Source: an uncultured delta proteobacterium
GTDB lineage: Bacteria; Desulfobacterota; Binatia; UBA9968
DNA length: 64,000 nt
NCBI GenBank assembly: GCA_963804165.1
Contig: CAWDPO010000035.1
Span: forward strand, 32,001 to 96,000
Direction: 5' to 3'
Shown: positions 29,479-39,334 of the stretch, in pieces
Layout of the letters: each line of letters starts with the position of its first letter
Position numbering within the stretch: position 1 is the first letter of the stretch
Notes under the pieces: generated by a model
The model's database searches: none
What the model saw: the letters and a program-made list of their open reading frames with translations, nothing else
What the model was told of the DNA's origin: nothing
Position numbers and translations under genes: made by a program

Positions 29479-29874
29479 GTGCGGCTGCTTCTTGATACCC
29501 ATATCTTGCTGTGGGGGTTGTCGGACGACCAACGGCTAAATAAATCCGCCCGCGAGATCCTCGTGAATCCGAGCAATGAAATTTTTGTCAGTGCAGCTTC
29601 GATTTGGGAGGTCGCGATCAAGGCTGCGTTGGGTCGGATTGAGATCGAGGTGGACGATCTCGATGCGGCGGTCGAGGATGCTCATTTTCAACCGCTACCG
29701 ATTACTTTTCGCCATGCAGCGACTGCCGGGCGGCTTCCGGGTGTCCATCGCGACCCGTTCGATCGGATGCTCGTGGCCCAGGCGAGCGTGGAAGAATTGC
29801 GAATCGTTACGCATGACCGAGTCTTCGAGCGCTATGGCCTCGTTGCCGCGGGGCTGCCCCCGATTTTGGTCTGA
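29479..29874 (+). CDS. vapC: VapC PIN-domain toxin
   Basis: LLLDTHILLW, SAASIWEVAIK, HRDPFDRMLVAQA. Confidence 0.93.
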   Translation: MRLLLDTHILLWGLSDDQRLNKSAREILVNPSNEIFVSAASIWEVAIKAALGRIEIEVDDLDAAVEDAHFQPLPITFRHAATAGRLPGVHRDPFDRMLVAQASVEELRIVTHDRVFERYGLVAAGLPPILV

Positions 29875-29930
29875 TTGACAATCAATTCCGTTGGGCGCGC
29901 AGTCCGTGAACTTCATCGGATATCTTTCTT

Positions 29931-30836
29931 ATGCCCGAGTTTCCCGACGTCACTGTTTACATCGAAGCGCTCTCAGAGCGTGTGTTGAATCAACCGATTC
30001 AGAAGATCCGTATCGGCAGTCCTTTTGTCGTGCGCTCCTTCGACCCGCCGATCAGCGCGGTGGAGACAAAGAAAGTTTTAGCTCTGCGCCGGCTTGGCAA
30101 GCGCATCGTCTTTGAGCAGGAAGACGATCTTTTTCTAATCGTTCATCTGATGATTGCCGGGCGGTTTCACTGGAAGCCGAAAGGCGCGAAGATCGCCCGC
30201 AAGTATGGGCAGGCGGCGTTCGATTTTCCCCACGGAACATTGCTCTTGACTGAAGCGGGAACCAAGAAGCGCGCGTCGATTCATCTAGTCCGAGGCCAAA
30301 CCGCCTTGCAAGAACATGATCCCGGCGGTCTGGAGGTTCTCGAAGCAAGCCTTGCTCAATTTCGCGAAGCGCTGACGCGCGAAAATCACACTTTGAAACG
30401 CTCGCTCACCGATCCGCATGTATTCAGCGGTATCGGCAACGCCTATTCCGATGAGATTCTCCATCACGCGCGGCTTTCGCCGATTCGCCTGACGCAGCAA
30501 ATGCCGCACGCGGAGATCGACCGTCTTTATCATGCAGTCCGAGAGTCGCTCGCTGAATGGGTCGAGCGACTGCGAAAGGAACGCGGAACCGGCTTCCCCG
30601 AAAAAGTCACCGCATTCCGTCCCGACATGGCCGTGCACGGTAAATACCGCAAACCCTGCCCGGTATGCGGTTCACCGGTGCAGCGCATCGTGCATGCGGA
30701 AAACGAGACCAACTACTGCGCCAAGTGCCAGACAGGAGGAAAGCTGTTAGCCGATCGGAGTTTGTCGCGATTGCTTAAAGACGATTGGCCACGAACGTTG
30801 GAGGAGTTGGAGGAAATTAAGACGGGTCGCATCTAG
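29931..30836 (+). CDS. Fpg/Nei family DNA glycosylase/AP lyase
   Basis: N-terminal PEFPDV, GKR, HLMIAG, H2TH GIGNAYSDE, zinc finger CPVC...CAKCQ. Confidence 0.92.
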   Translation: MPEFPDVTVYIEALSERVLNQPIQKIRIGSPFVVRSFDPPISAVETKKVLALRRLGKRIVFEQEDDLFLIVHLMIAGRFHWKPKGAKIARKYGQAAFDFPHGTLLLTEAGTKKRASIHLVRGQTALQEHDPGGLEVLEASLAQFREALTRENHTLKRSLTDPHVFSGIGNAYSDEILHHARLSPIRLTQQMPHAEIDRLYHAVRESLAEWVERLRKERGTGFPEKVTAFRPDMAVHGKYRKPCPVCGSPVQRIVHAENETNYCAKCQTGGKLLADRSLSRLLKDDWPRTLEELEEIKTGRI

Positions 30837-30847
30837 AAAGAATAGAC

Positions 30848-30868
30848 GGTACGCAAAGCGCACCCTAC
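30848..30868 (-). repeat. GTAG-type REP
   Basis: Minus strand GTAGGGTGCGCTTTGCGTACC; degenerate partner on the plus strand at 31156-31176. Confidence 0.65.
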
Positions 30869-31146
30869 GAAACTAACTCATCAACGACTTTCCACTCGAA
30901 CATATCCCTAAAATCGGCAAAACACTGCTCACAAATCCACCGGTAATCATCTCTGGTCGCATATCCCTGATGCAACGCGTGTGGTAAATCTTCAACCACA
31001 AACTTGGCCGAGCAGAACTCGCAATGATCATGTTCCCATTTCGGATTCTTCGGATACTCGCGGTATCGACAATGTACCAAGGTCACGCCCTGTAAGTACT
31101 TCTCCTGAACTTGGAGTCGCCAATCTGATTTGTTGTCTGTGGGCAT
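30865..31146 (-). CDS. Small hypothetical Cys/His protein
   Basis: WEHDHCEFC...WICEQCF; AT-richer than its neighbours. Confidence 0.75.
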   Translation of the reverse strand: MPTDNKSDWRLQVQEKYLQGVTLVHCRYREYPKNPKWEHDHCEFCSAKFVVEDLPHALHQGYATRDDYRWICEQCFADFRDMFEWKVVDELVS

Positions 31147-31197
31147 CGCGGTATTTAGAGTATGCGCTTTCGCACCAACTGAGATTGCTATGTGCTT

Positions 31198-31788
31198 TTA
31201 CTTCATGGCCACAAACCCAGGCTGCGCCTTTACTCGTTCGATCCATGTTCGAACCTTCGGAAAATCATCCAGCGGAAATCCACCTTCATGCGCGACATGC
31301 GTATAAGCAAAGAGAGCGATGTCGGCGATCGAGTAATCGCCGACAAAGAAATCTTTCTTGGAGAGATGATCTTCCATAATTTTAAGCGCCGCCCAGCCGC
31401 CGTCGCGTTTCGAGGCGAGCAGCGCGGTATTTTCCGGTGACTCAGGCTTGTGCTGAATCCAGAAGCGAGAAGTGGCGATGTACGGTTCGTGACTGTATTG
31501 TTCGAAGCACATCCATTGGAAAATCAGCGCGAATTTCTGGCGGTCTTCGGGGAGAAATTTTGTTCCTTTGGCGAGATACGCAAGGATGGCGTTGGATTCC
31601 GCGAGAACAAAGCCGTTGTCGTCGAGCACCGGCGTCCGGCCATTCGGATTAATCTTTAAGAACTCCGCGGTTCGGCTTTCGCCTTTCAAGATATCGACTT
31701 CGACGATCTCGCACGGAATGCTGAGATGGGCGAGCAGCAAGCGAACTTTGTAGGAATTGCCGGAGTAGGCGACGTTGTAAAGTCTCAT
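31198..31788 (-). CDS. Glutathione S-transferase
   Basis: SGNSYKVRL, INPNGRTPVL, ESNAILAYL, SIADIAL. Confidence 0.95.
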   Translation of the reverse strand: MRLYNVAYSGNSYKVRLLLAHLSIPCEIVEVDILKGESRTAEFLKINPNGRTPVLDDNGFVLAESNAILAYLAKGTKFLPEDRQKFALIFQWMCFEQYSHEPYIATSRFWIQHKPESPENTALLASKRDGGWAALKIMEDHLSKKDFFVGDYSIADIALFAYTHVAHEGGFPLDDFPKVRTWIERVKAQPGFVAMK

Positions 31789-31799
31789 GAGTAACCGCC

Positions 31800-31896
31800 G
31801 TTCAAAAGTTCAAGGTTCAAAGTTCAAGGTAAGAACGCTGCAAAAACACAGTCACTGTTCCGATCACCTTGAACGTTGAACGATTGAACTTTGAGC
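31800..31896. repeat. Inverted heptamer microsatellite hairpin (same family as 9640-9729)
   Basis: gttcaaaa gttcaag gttcaaa gttcaag ... cttgaac gttgaac gattgaac tttgagc. Confidence 0.85.
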
Positions 31897-31905
31897 GGGT
31901 ACTTT

Positions 31906-33042
31906 CTAGATCTGCGGCTCTAGGATTTCCAATCCATCCAAGCGGTCGATAAGAAAAAGCTTGCCGTCGTCGGCGCGGAAGACGTCGTTGCTCTGGACCG
32001 CTTTCTGGTCTTTGCCCGGCTGTGGGACGTAGTAGCCGACTTCCTTCGGCGAGAATGGGTTGGAAAAATCGAGAGCGCGCAGGCCGCCGGCAAACCAGGT
32101 AACGTAGTGAACATTGTCGTAGACTTGCTCCGCCGGCTGGTGCGCGCCGAAGCGGTTCCCTGGTTTTGTTTCACCGTCATAGGGGACCATATAGTTGGCG
32201 ATCGGCATCGGGCGGGTTTCTTCGGTGATATCGACCACCCAAAGAAACGCATTGGGCGTCGGCATCAACTTCTCAGCAACTTCTTCGTCGGTGACGATCA
32301 TGAAGTCACGGTCCATGATCTTATTCTTAAGCGGCAATGTTGTATGCGTGGGGCAAGGATAGGGCGGGCTCCAGTCGAGGATGCTGATGGTTTTCGGCTG
32401 ACTCATGTTCGAGATATCAACGATGGCAAAGCCGCCGTGCCAGTAACTGATATACAACCTATCGCCGCGGCGAATCGGGTGATGACAGCGATGGTCCCAG
32501 CCGTGCCACGTCGGCGTTTCGCCGCCGGCCTTCCATTGACCGGGCATCCACCAGCGACCGACTTCCTCCGGCTTCTCAGGATTTTTCAGGTCGAGTATTA
32601 GCGCGATGTTGCCGACGTAGCCTTCCATGTGGGGGGAAAGGTAGGCGTAGCGGCCGTCGAAGGTAAATCGGTGGACGCCTTTTTCCGCCGCCTTGAAGAA
32701 GGCGATCTCGCGCGGCTTGGTGCGGTCGGAGATGTCGAATACTTTGAGACCGGCTTGGGGTTCCTTCTTGGTTTTGTAGCGCTCGTAGTTGACCAGCATC
32801 ACGTCGCCGCTGACGCGCACTTTGTGCGAATGAATCCCTTCGGGGACTTCAAGCCGGGCGACCAGTTTCGGATGCTTAGGGTCGCGCACGTCGATGATTG
32901 AGGTGCCGTCGGGCGGTTCGATATGACCGACGTAGGCGTAGCCGTTCTCGACGACGATGGAGCCGCCGCCGGGCAGGTCCGTTCGGCCGATCATCTTGAT
33001 ATTTTTGCTGATACCGACTGGCGAGGTTCCGTTGGTTGCCAT
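31906..33042 (-). CDS. LVIVD-repeat beta-propeller protein
   Basis: Repeated IIDVRDP, VFDISD, IVDISN, ALDFSNP; several His residues. Confidence 0.85.
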   Translation of the reverse strand: MATNGTSPVGISKNIKMIGRTDLPGGGSIVVENGYAYVGHIEPPDGTSIIDVRDPKHPKLVARLEVPEGIHSHKVRVSGDVMLVNYERYKTKKEPQAGLKVFDISDRTKPREIAFFKAAEKGVHRFTFDGRYAYLSPHMEGYVGNIALILDLKNPEKPEEVGRWWMPGQWKAGGETPTWHGWDHRCHHPIRRGDRLYISYWHGGFAIVDISNMSQPKTISILDWSPPYPCPTHTTLPLKNKIMDRDFMIVTDEEVAEKLMPTPNAFLWVVDITEETRPMPIANYMVPYDGETKPGNRFGAHQPAEQVYDNVHYVTWFAGGLRALDFSNPFSPKEVGYYVPQPGKDQKAVQSNDVFRADDGKLFLIDRLDGLEILEPQI

Positions 33043-33068
33043 GACTGCCTCCTGGAAATTAGCTGCGT

Positions 33069-33707
33069 TTAGCTGCTCGCTCTTTGCATCATCGCGATCA
33101 CCTGGTCCGTGGTCCGCACACGCGACATGCGCGGTAAAATTAACTCCATCAAGGTATCGTGCGCGCGTTGGTCGTGTGAAGTGCCACAGGCGTCGCTGAC
33201 GACGATCATGTTATAATCCAAGTCCCTGCCCGAATACAAAGTCGAAGTCACGCCGACGTCGGTGGAGCCGCCGGAGATAATAACCGTGTCGATGCCGCGG
33301 GTGCGCAGCGCCAAATCCAAATACGTCTGAAAAAATGCGCTCCAGCGGTATTTGACGACGTAATAGTCGTCCGCCGCCGGTTCCAGATCGGCGAGCACGT
33401 CGGAGCTTTTGTCGCCGGCGATCACGTGCATTTTCGTCTTGGTCACTTCACCCTTGGGCCACGGCGTGAGCGAGTTGTTCGTGTCCGTGAGGATCAGAGC
33501 GGTGGTGGCATTGTCCGGCCGATGATTGCCCTTGGCCAAAAAAATCGGCAGTCCAGCCGCGCGGCCGGCCTTGCTGAGCCGGACGGCGTTTTGAATCCAC
33601 GGTTTCAAAGCGCCCGGCTTGCCCGGCTCCGGTTCAGAGACGTAGCCGTTGAGTATGTCGAAAAATAGCAAGGCGGTCTTCTTGAGCTCAAAGTGGTTGA
33701 CGTTCAT
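33069..33707 (-). CDS. Isochorismatase/cysteine hydrolase family protein
   Basis: GGAGG RBS; ALLFFD, KYRWSAF, GGSTDVGVTST (Gly at the usual catalytic Cys position). Confidence 0.85.
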   Translation of the reverse strand: MNVNHFELKKTALLFFDILNGYVSEPEPGKPGALKPWIQNAVRLSKAGRAAGLPIFLAKGNHRPDNATTALILTDTNNSLTPWPKGEVTKTKMHVIAGDKSSDVLADLEPAADDYYVVKYRWSAFFQTYLDLALRTRGIDTVIISGGSTDVGVTSTLYSGRDLDYNMIVVSDACGTSHDQRAHDTLMELILPRMSRVRTTDQVIAMMQRASS

Positions 33708-33715
33708 TGCGCCTC

Positions 33716-34471
33716 CTAGCGAATCTTGATGCCCTTCTTTTCTTTTTCTTCGACGACTTTCCAGCCCTCTTTCGCGTACCATTCGATTTGGCGGAACATG
33801 CCGGTGAAAATTCGTACGTCTTTTTCTTCCAATCCGGCGCGGCCGAAAATCCGCCGGAAGGCGAGCAGCATATGCTCGGGATTCTCCGCGTCCAGAAAGC
33901 CGATCTTGAGCAGGGAATTTCTCATGATGTCGAAGAGTCTTTCGATTTGTTCGGCCTCAGCCCTCTGAATTCCACTATCCGGGGGCGCTAGCGATGCGAC
34001 GTAAAACTCGTAGAGACAGATCATCACGGCTTGAGCAACGTTTAGCGATTGATACTCGGGATGGGTCGGGATGGTGATCAGCAACTGACAATGCTCCAGA
34101 TCTTTGTTGCTCAGTCCGTGATCTTCGGGTCCGAAGATCAATGCGACTTTACTATTTTTTGCGGTGGAAACGATAGCGGCTGCGGCCTGCCTCGGTGTCT
34201 GGCTGTGACTCCGATAAAGTCCTGAACGACAGGTGGTACCGACGACAAGCGTGCAGTCGGCGATCGCTTCGCGAAGAGTCTCATAGCACCTGGCATCGGC
34301 CAAGATTTCTCGGCCATGCACCGCCATCGCTCTCGCCCAAAAACTCCTCGTCCGCGCTTTGCCAACGATGGCGAGCTCGCCGGCGCCGACGTTTTTCATC
34401 GCACGCGCCACCGAGCCGATATTGCCGGAGCCGCGCGGGCGAACCATTATTATGCGGAGATTGTTCAACAT
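33716..34471 (-). CDS. trmJ: TrmJ/TrmH SPOUT RNA methyltransferase
   Basis: GNIGSVARAMKN, FGPEDHGLSN, SLNVAQAV. Confidence 0.88.
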   Translation of the reverse strand: MLNNLRIIMVRPRGSGNIGSVARAMKNVGAGELAIVGKARTRSFWARAMAVHGREILADARCYETLREAIADCTLVVGTTCRSGLYRSHSQTPRQAAAAIVSTAKNSKVALIFGPEDHGLSNKDLEHCQLLITIPTHPEYQSLNVAQAVMICLYEFYVASLAPPDSGIQRAEAEQIERLFDIMRNSLLKIGFLDAENPEHMLLAFRRIFGRAGLEEKDVRIFTGMFRQIEWYAKEGWKVVEEKEKKGIKIR

Positions 34472-34599
34472 CGGGTCAACAGTGGGATCGGCTGGAATCA
34501 CCTGAACGACTTCCACCGTTCGGCGTTTGCGTTCCAATCGTTCAAAACGTTCCAGTCGTCGGAGAAAAAATATCGAAAACAGCACTACCGCCGGAGCAC

Positions 34600-35253
34600 T
34601 TATTTAGCAAATGGGCAGGCGCGGTTTTTTTGCACGATGGCGCGATTCTTTGCGTCGAATTCGGTGCGGTAACCGAACTCTTCGTGCATCAGGGAATCCC
34701 TATCGTTGACATGCTCGGCGCCGAAGACGTGACCGATCTCGTGAATCAAAGCGATCACGTCGAACTCCGGCTCGACGTTGGGCCCCTGGTAGTGAAATAC
34801 CTTGGTGATCGGCACGACCACATATTTTGCCAGGCCGTGATTGCAATCGCCGATTCGATCGACCCGCGGCCGGCCCGCGATGAGGATACGGCTCACGCCT
34901 TCGGCCGTGAAGGCGATGAGCAGATCGTAACCCTGCTTCTGCGCTTGGCCGCTAAACTCTTTTTGCATCTTGGCTAAGAGATTGGGAGTTGACGGAATAC
35001 GCTCCGCTTCGGGCCAGGCAGAAGTACTTTGTGTGATGAGACGAATGTCGAATTCTCGCTCGTAATAGTCCGAAGCGGCTTCGACGAGGCCGCGGGCTTC
35101 TTCGGCCCAGCTCGCATTTCGCGCGCGGAAAGAAACGTCGGCAACGACGCTGACGCGCACCACGCGGCGCGGCGTGTCAGGTCCGAGAAGTGTGCAAGAG
35201 CAGATAAGAAGCGCGCTAAGGATTGAGCAGATCGTCAGTCGGCGCGTAATCAT
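34600..35253 (-). CDS. Zinc metallopeptidase lipoprotein (metzincin/M12-like)
   Basis: Lipobox Cys; HEIGHVFGAEH and Met-turn SLM. Confidence 0.82.
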   Translation of the reverse strand: MITRRLTICSILSALLICSCTLLGPDTPRRVVRVSVVADVSFRARNASWAEEARGLVEAASDYYEREFDIRLITQSTSAWPEAERIPSTPNLLAKMQKEFSGQAQKQGYDLLIAFTAEGVSRILIAGRPRVDRIGDCNHGLAKYVVVPITKVFHYQGPNVEPEFDVIALIHEIGHVFGAEHVNDRDSLMHEEFGYRTEFDAKNRAIVQKNRACPFAK

Positions 35254-36724
35254 CGGTCAGTATCGGAACATCTTCGGGAACAGGTCGATCAAAATAGGAC
35301 AACGCGATGTCTTGGATCGGATCCGGAAACAAACCTTTATCGATGGCGCTGGCGCGCTTGACGATCTCTTTGATATCGAGTCGTTGCTTCTCGCGCGTCG
35401 CGATGACAATGACGTTTTGAATCGTGTCCAAGCTGACGTTGTCGGCGCGGCGCGCGGCGAAAACATAAGTTTGCGGATAAATTTGCCGCTGCGTTCGGAC
35501 AAAGGCGCGGACGATCTTACCTGAAGGACCGGTAACGGCGCTGATCAGGTTGGCGACGATGATACCATTCGGCGTAAGTCTTTTTTGCGCGAGCTCGAAG
35601 AATTGCTTGGTCGTGAGATGGAACGGAATGGCATCGGTAAAGTACGCATCGAGGAGAATAATGTCGTATTGACTCTGCGTGCGCGTCAGGAACAGCCTGC
35701 CGTCCTGCGCGTGGAGTCGCAGATTCTTGCCTTCCTTCACATTGAAGTGGTCCTTGGCGATCCTGATGACTTCGGGGTCGATCTCCACGGCGTCGATTTC
35801 GATGTTGGGAAACTCTTTCTGTATTTTCTTCGGTATCGAGCCTCCACCCAGCCCGATGATCAACATCTTCTTGGCGTCCGGCCGAAAAGTGAATCCCAGG
35901 GACGTATAGCGTGAGTAAATGAGCCGCAACGCCGTTGGGTCCTTGAGATTCATGGCGCTCTGGAGCGTGCGGTCAAAATACATATAGCGCGCTTCGTCGT
36001 CCTCTTCGACGCGAATGCGATGATAAAAGGTTTCTTTTTGCAAGATTGTTTTTGCCCAAGCCGCCGGCGTCCAGAACATGTTCATCGATCCCAGGGTGAG
36101 TGACACGGTGGCGACAGCTCGCGACAAAGAAACGCCCTGCAGCCGCACCAACGGTACTACAACAAGGGACAAACATACCAGCGTGATGCCGAGAGTATGA
36201 ATAATGTTGCTTACACCCAACACGGGGATCAAGTAAAACGCCGTCAGCAGCGTGCCGCAAATGCTACCGCAGGTCGATACCGCATAGAGCGTTCCGGCGG
36301 TGCTCCCCACGGTATGCAATCGAGTTGCGGCGAGACGGATGACGTAGGGAGATATGGTGCCCAGAAATATTCCCGGCAAAAGAAACAACACGCTGCAGGC
36401 GATCAGCGGGTTGAGCCGGCTGCCAAAATCAATGCTGGCGATCCAGTCGTTGACCGCGGGATAGATGAACGGCAGGAAAAAGATCAGAATGCCGGGGATC
36501 ACGAGCAGCAAGAGCAGCTTGCCGTAGGAGGGCTCGCGCGCCGACAGCCAGCCACCCCAATAGTAGCCGATGCTCAACGCGGCCATCACCACCGAGATCA
36601 GGCTGCCCCAGACGAAGATCGAGCTGCCGAAGTTTGGCGCGAGCACGCGGCTGCCGACGATTTCGAGCGACATCAACACTGCACCGCTGATGAAGACGAC
36701 AAAGTTGAGCGTGAATTGCAGCAT
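35216..36724 (-). CDS. Fused membrane domain/spermidine synthase-like SAM-dependent transferase
   Basis: N-terminal TM domain (LEIVGSR.LAP.FGSS), IGLGGGS, VEIDP, DIILLDAY, LTDDYAP. Confidence 0.9.
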   Translation of the reverse strand: MLQFTLNFVVFISGAVLMSLEIVGSRVLAPNFGSSIFVWGSLISVVMAALSIGYYWGGWLSAREPSYGKLLLLLVIPGILIFFLPFIYPAVNDWIASIDFGSRLNPLIACSVLFLLPGIFLGTISPYVIRLAATRLHTVGSTAGTLYAVSTCGSICGTLLTAFYLIPVLGVSNIIHTLGITLVCLSLVVVPLVRLQGVSLSRAVATVSLTLGSMNMFWTPAAWAKTILQKETFYHRIRVEEDDEARYMYFDRTLQSAMNLKDPTALRLIYSRYTSLGFTFRPDAKKMLIIGLGGGSIPKKIQKEFPNIEIDAVEIDPEVIRIAKDHFNVKEGKNLRLHAQDGRLFLTRTQSQYDIILLDAYFTDAIPFHLTTKQFFELAQKRLTPNGIIVANLISAVTGPSGKIVRAFVRTQRQIYPQTYVFAARRADNVSLDTIQNVIVIATREKQRLDIKEIVKRASAIDKGLFPDPIQDIALSYFDRPVPEDVPILTDDYAPTDDLLNP

Positions 36725-36726
36725 TG

Positions 36727-38745
36727 TTAACTCTCCCAATCCCAATAGGATCCCTCGGGCACAAGCGCCACCGGTTCGAGCAATCGGTGCGATATGTCCT
36801 CGATGAACTGCGACGGGCGCGACAATACCATGCGCAGAGTCTTGTCGAAAACTCGATTCGGATAGCTGATGAACAGATTTTGTTTCGCGCGGGTCGCGGC
36901 GACGTAGAGCAAGCGGCGCTCTTCTTCCCGGTCCTCGTCGGTGTTGATGTTGTACAACGAGGGGAACCTTCCTTCCAGCGCCCAGATGATGAACACCGAG
37001 TGAAATTCGAGACCCTTGGCCGAATGAATAGTTGAAAGGACCAGCGGACCTTCGTCCGGATCGACCGCCAGCACGCCACCGATGCTGTCGTTGGGCGGCT
37101 CGAGCGCCATGTCGCTCAGCAAACGTTCGAGGCTGCGGTAGCGCTCGGTCATGCCCTGAAAATGCTCCAGGTCGCGCAGGCGCTTGGGATGATCGTCTGG
37201 GTAGTTCTGCTTGAGTATGGGCACGTAATACTGCAGCAGATACTGCAACTGCTCAGACGGCAACTCGGCGCGCTCGGCTTCTTCGAGCACTTGAGCGAGC
37301 GTTCTAAGTTCCTGGGCGATCTTACCTTTGGCATTGTACGAACGCAGTCGCCCAACGGCGTTGGAACCTGCGAGCAGCCATTTGGTAATTTTCTGGCTTG
37401 CCCCCGGACCAATGCCTTCGAGCAGCATCAACACTCTGTGCCATGAGATTGTGTCCTGCGGATTGGCCAGAACGCGCAAGTGGGCGAGCAAGTCTTTGAC
37501 GTGAGAGGTTTCCATGAATTGAAAACCGCCGCGCTTGACGAACGGGATTTTGTGGCGCGTCAGCTCGATTTCCAAGTCGAAGGAATGAAAGCTCGAGCGA
37601 AATAGCACGGCGATGTCCCACAACGGCACGCCTTCCTCGCGCAGCTCGAGAATTTTCTGACAGACGAACTGCGACTGCATTTGCTCGCTGCCCGCTTGCA
37701 CGAGCTTGGGCCGCGCGCCGGAACTCTTGCTGGTGAATAACCGCTTTTCGTAGCCTTCTTTGGCGCGCTGAATGATCTCGTTGGTCACATTCAAGATCGG
37801 CTGAGTGCTGCGGTAGTTTTCTTCCAGCTTAATGATGCGCGCGCCGGGAAAGTGCTTGGGAAAATCCATGATGTTGCGAAAATTGGCGCCGCGAAACGAA
37901 TAGATACTCTGGGCATCGTCACCGACCACCGCGACGTTATCATGGCTGGCGGCGAGCAAACGGACGATTTCGGCCTGCAGATGATTGGTATCCTGGTACT
38001 CGTCGACCATGATGAAGCGGTAGGTGTCGGATAACCGATGCCTCACTTCTACGTGATCGGCCAGCAGATCACGCAGCCGGGTCAAGAGATCGTCATAGTC
38101 AAGCAGCGATTTGGTGCGTTTGTAATCGGTGTAGCGGCGAAAAAGCTCGGCGAGCTCATCGTTGACCTCGATCAGATGGGGGTATTCCAACTCGAGTAAA
38201 TCGTTCAGCGGAGTTTGCTTGTTGAGCGACATGCTGAAGATCTCGCCCACCGTCTGTTTGCGCGGAAACCGTTTATCCTTGGTGTTGAGACCCAACTCGG
38301 TGCGGATTAACTGGATCACATCTTCGCTGTCGGTGCGGTCCATAATAGTGAACGACGGCGCGAGGCCGATGTGGCGGCCGGAGACGCGCAACACGAGATT
38401 GGCGAAGGAATGGAATGTGCCGCCGGCGACCTGACTACAGCGGCTATCGATCAAAAGACTGGCGCGCCGAAGCATCTCCTCGGCGGCGCGGCGAGTAAAA
38501 GTCAGGAGCAAAATCGAGCGCGGATCGACACCTTGATCGATCAGATGAGCGACTCGATAGACCAGAGTGCGGGTCTTGCCTGTGCCGGCGCCGGCGATGA
38601 TGAGCAGCGGCCCTTCCATGGTGGTCGCCGCCTCGTACTGCGCTTCGTTCAACTCTTTACGGTAATCGAGCCCTGAAGTGTTGCGATCGACGGGTGTGAA
38701 ATTTTTAAGAATGTAGGTCGTCGTCAAGGAAACTCCAATCGCCAC
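36727..38745 (-). CDS. UvrD/PcrA/Rep-family ATP-dependent helicase
   Basis: AGAGTGKT, TFT, VDEYQD, VGDDAQSIYSFRGA, NYRS, TIHSAKGLEF, EERRLLYVAATRA. Confidence 0.95.
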   Translation of the reverse strand: MAIGVSLTTTYILKNFTPVDRNTSGLDYRKELNEAQYEAATTMEGPLLIIAGAGTGKTRTLVYRVAHLIDQGVDPRSILLLTFTRRAAEEMLRRASLLIDSRCSQVAGGTFHSFANLVLRVSGRHIGLAPSFTIMDRTDSEDVIQLIRTELGLNTKDKRFPRKQTVGEIFSMSLNKQTPLNDLLELEYPHLIEVNDELAELFRRYTDYKRTKSLLDYDDLLTRLRDLLADHVEVRHRLSDTYRFIMVDEYQDTNHLQAEIVRLLAASHDNVAVVGDDAQSIYSFRGANFRNIMDFPKHFPGARIIKLEENYRSTQPILNVTNEIIQRAKEGYEKRLFTSKSSGARPKLVQAGSEQMQSQFVCQKILELREEGVPLWDIAVLFRSSFHSFDLEIELTRHKIPFVKRGGFQFMETSHVKDLLAHLRVLANPQDTISWHRVLMLLEGIGPGASQKITKWLLAGSNAVGRLRSYNAKGKIAQELRTLAQVLEEAERAELPSEQLQYLLQYYVPILKQNYPDDHPKRLRDLEHFQGMTERYRSLERLLSDMALEPPNDSIGGVLAVDPDEGPLVLSTIHSAKGLEFHSVFIIWALEGRFPSLYNINTDEDREEERRLLYVAATRAKQNLFISYPNRVFDKTLRMVLSRPSQFIEDISHRLLEPVALVPEGSYWDWES

Positions 38746-39318
38746 GTAAGGTACCTATTTTCCGGCAGGGGAGCAAGCGTTGATGCGGCGCCGGAGCGCC
38801 ACAAGGCGAAAATTTGCATTGCGACAGCTCGTCCGGTCGAAAAAAGAAACTTTTAGAAGGGAATCGTGAATATCGCGTTCTGGCGGAGCGACAACCACGC
38901 GCGCGCGACGCTCGAAGATGTCTGGCCGGGAACCGGATAGAACGGCCAACCGCGAGCGACCGCAGCGAAACCGTGACGGCTATTCTGACCTCAAGAAAAT
39001 CTCGAAAAGAAACTCCATCCCCAGAGCGCTAGGCTAGCCCGCGGGCCGAAAGATCCCCTCGTCTCAAAGAAGACGACCATCGCTCATGCGTCGTTTCAAA
39101 TCGATTGCATTGCCTGCTGCACCTGCCGGCTTGACTTTTCGTTGCGTGGGATCAGAGGCTTTGTCGGGAAAGTTCGATATTTCTGCCGAAATCCGACACG
39201 TCGCACGTATTTTTCTCCGTACATAGCGCAGGGCTTCTCATACAATTGACGCCTTTCCAATTCATGGCGCATCGTCGAATCCTTCTGAATTTTGGCATGC
39301 TTAGGTCAGAAATGATGG

Positions 39319-39334
39319 TTGGTACGAGGCTTGC
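39319..39334 (+). promoter_or_regulatory. Putative sigma54 (-24/-12) promoter
   Basis: TTGGTACGAGGCTTGC fits TGGCAC-N5-TTGC with exact GG-N10-GC spacing. Confidence 0.55.
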
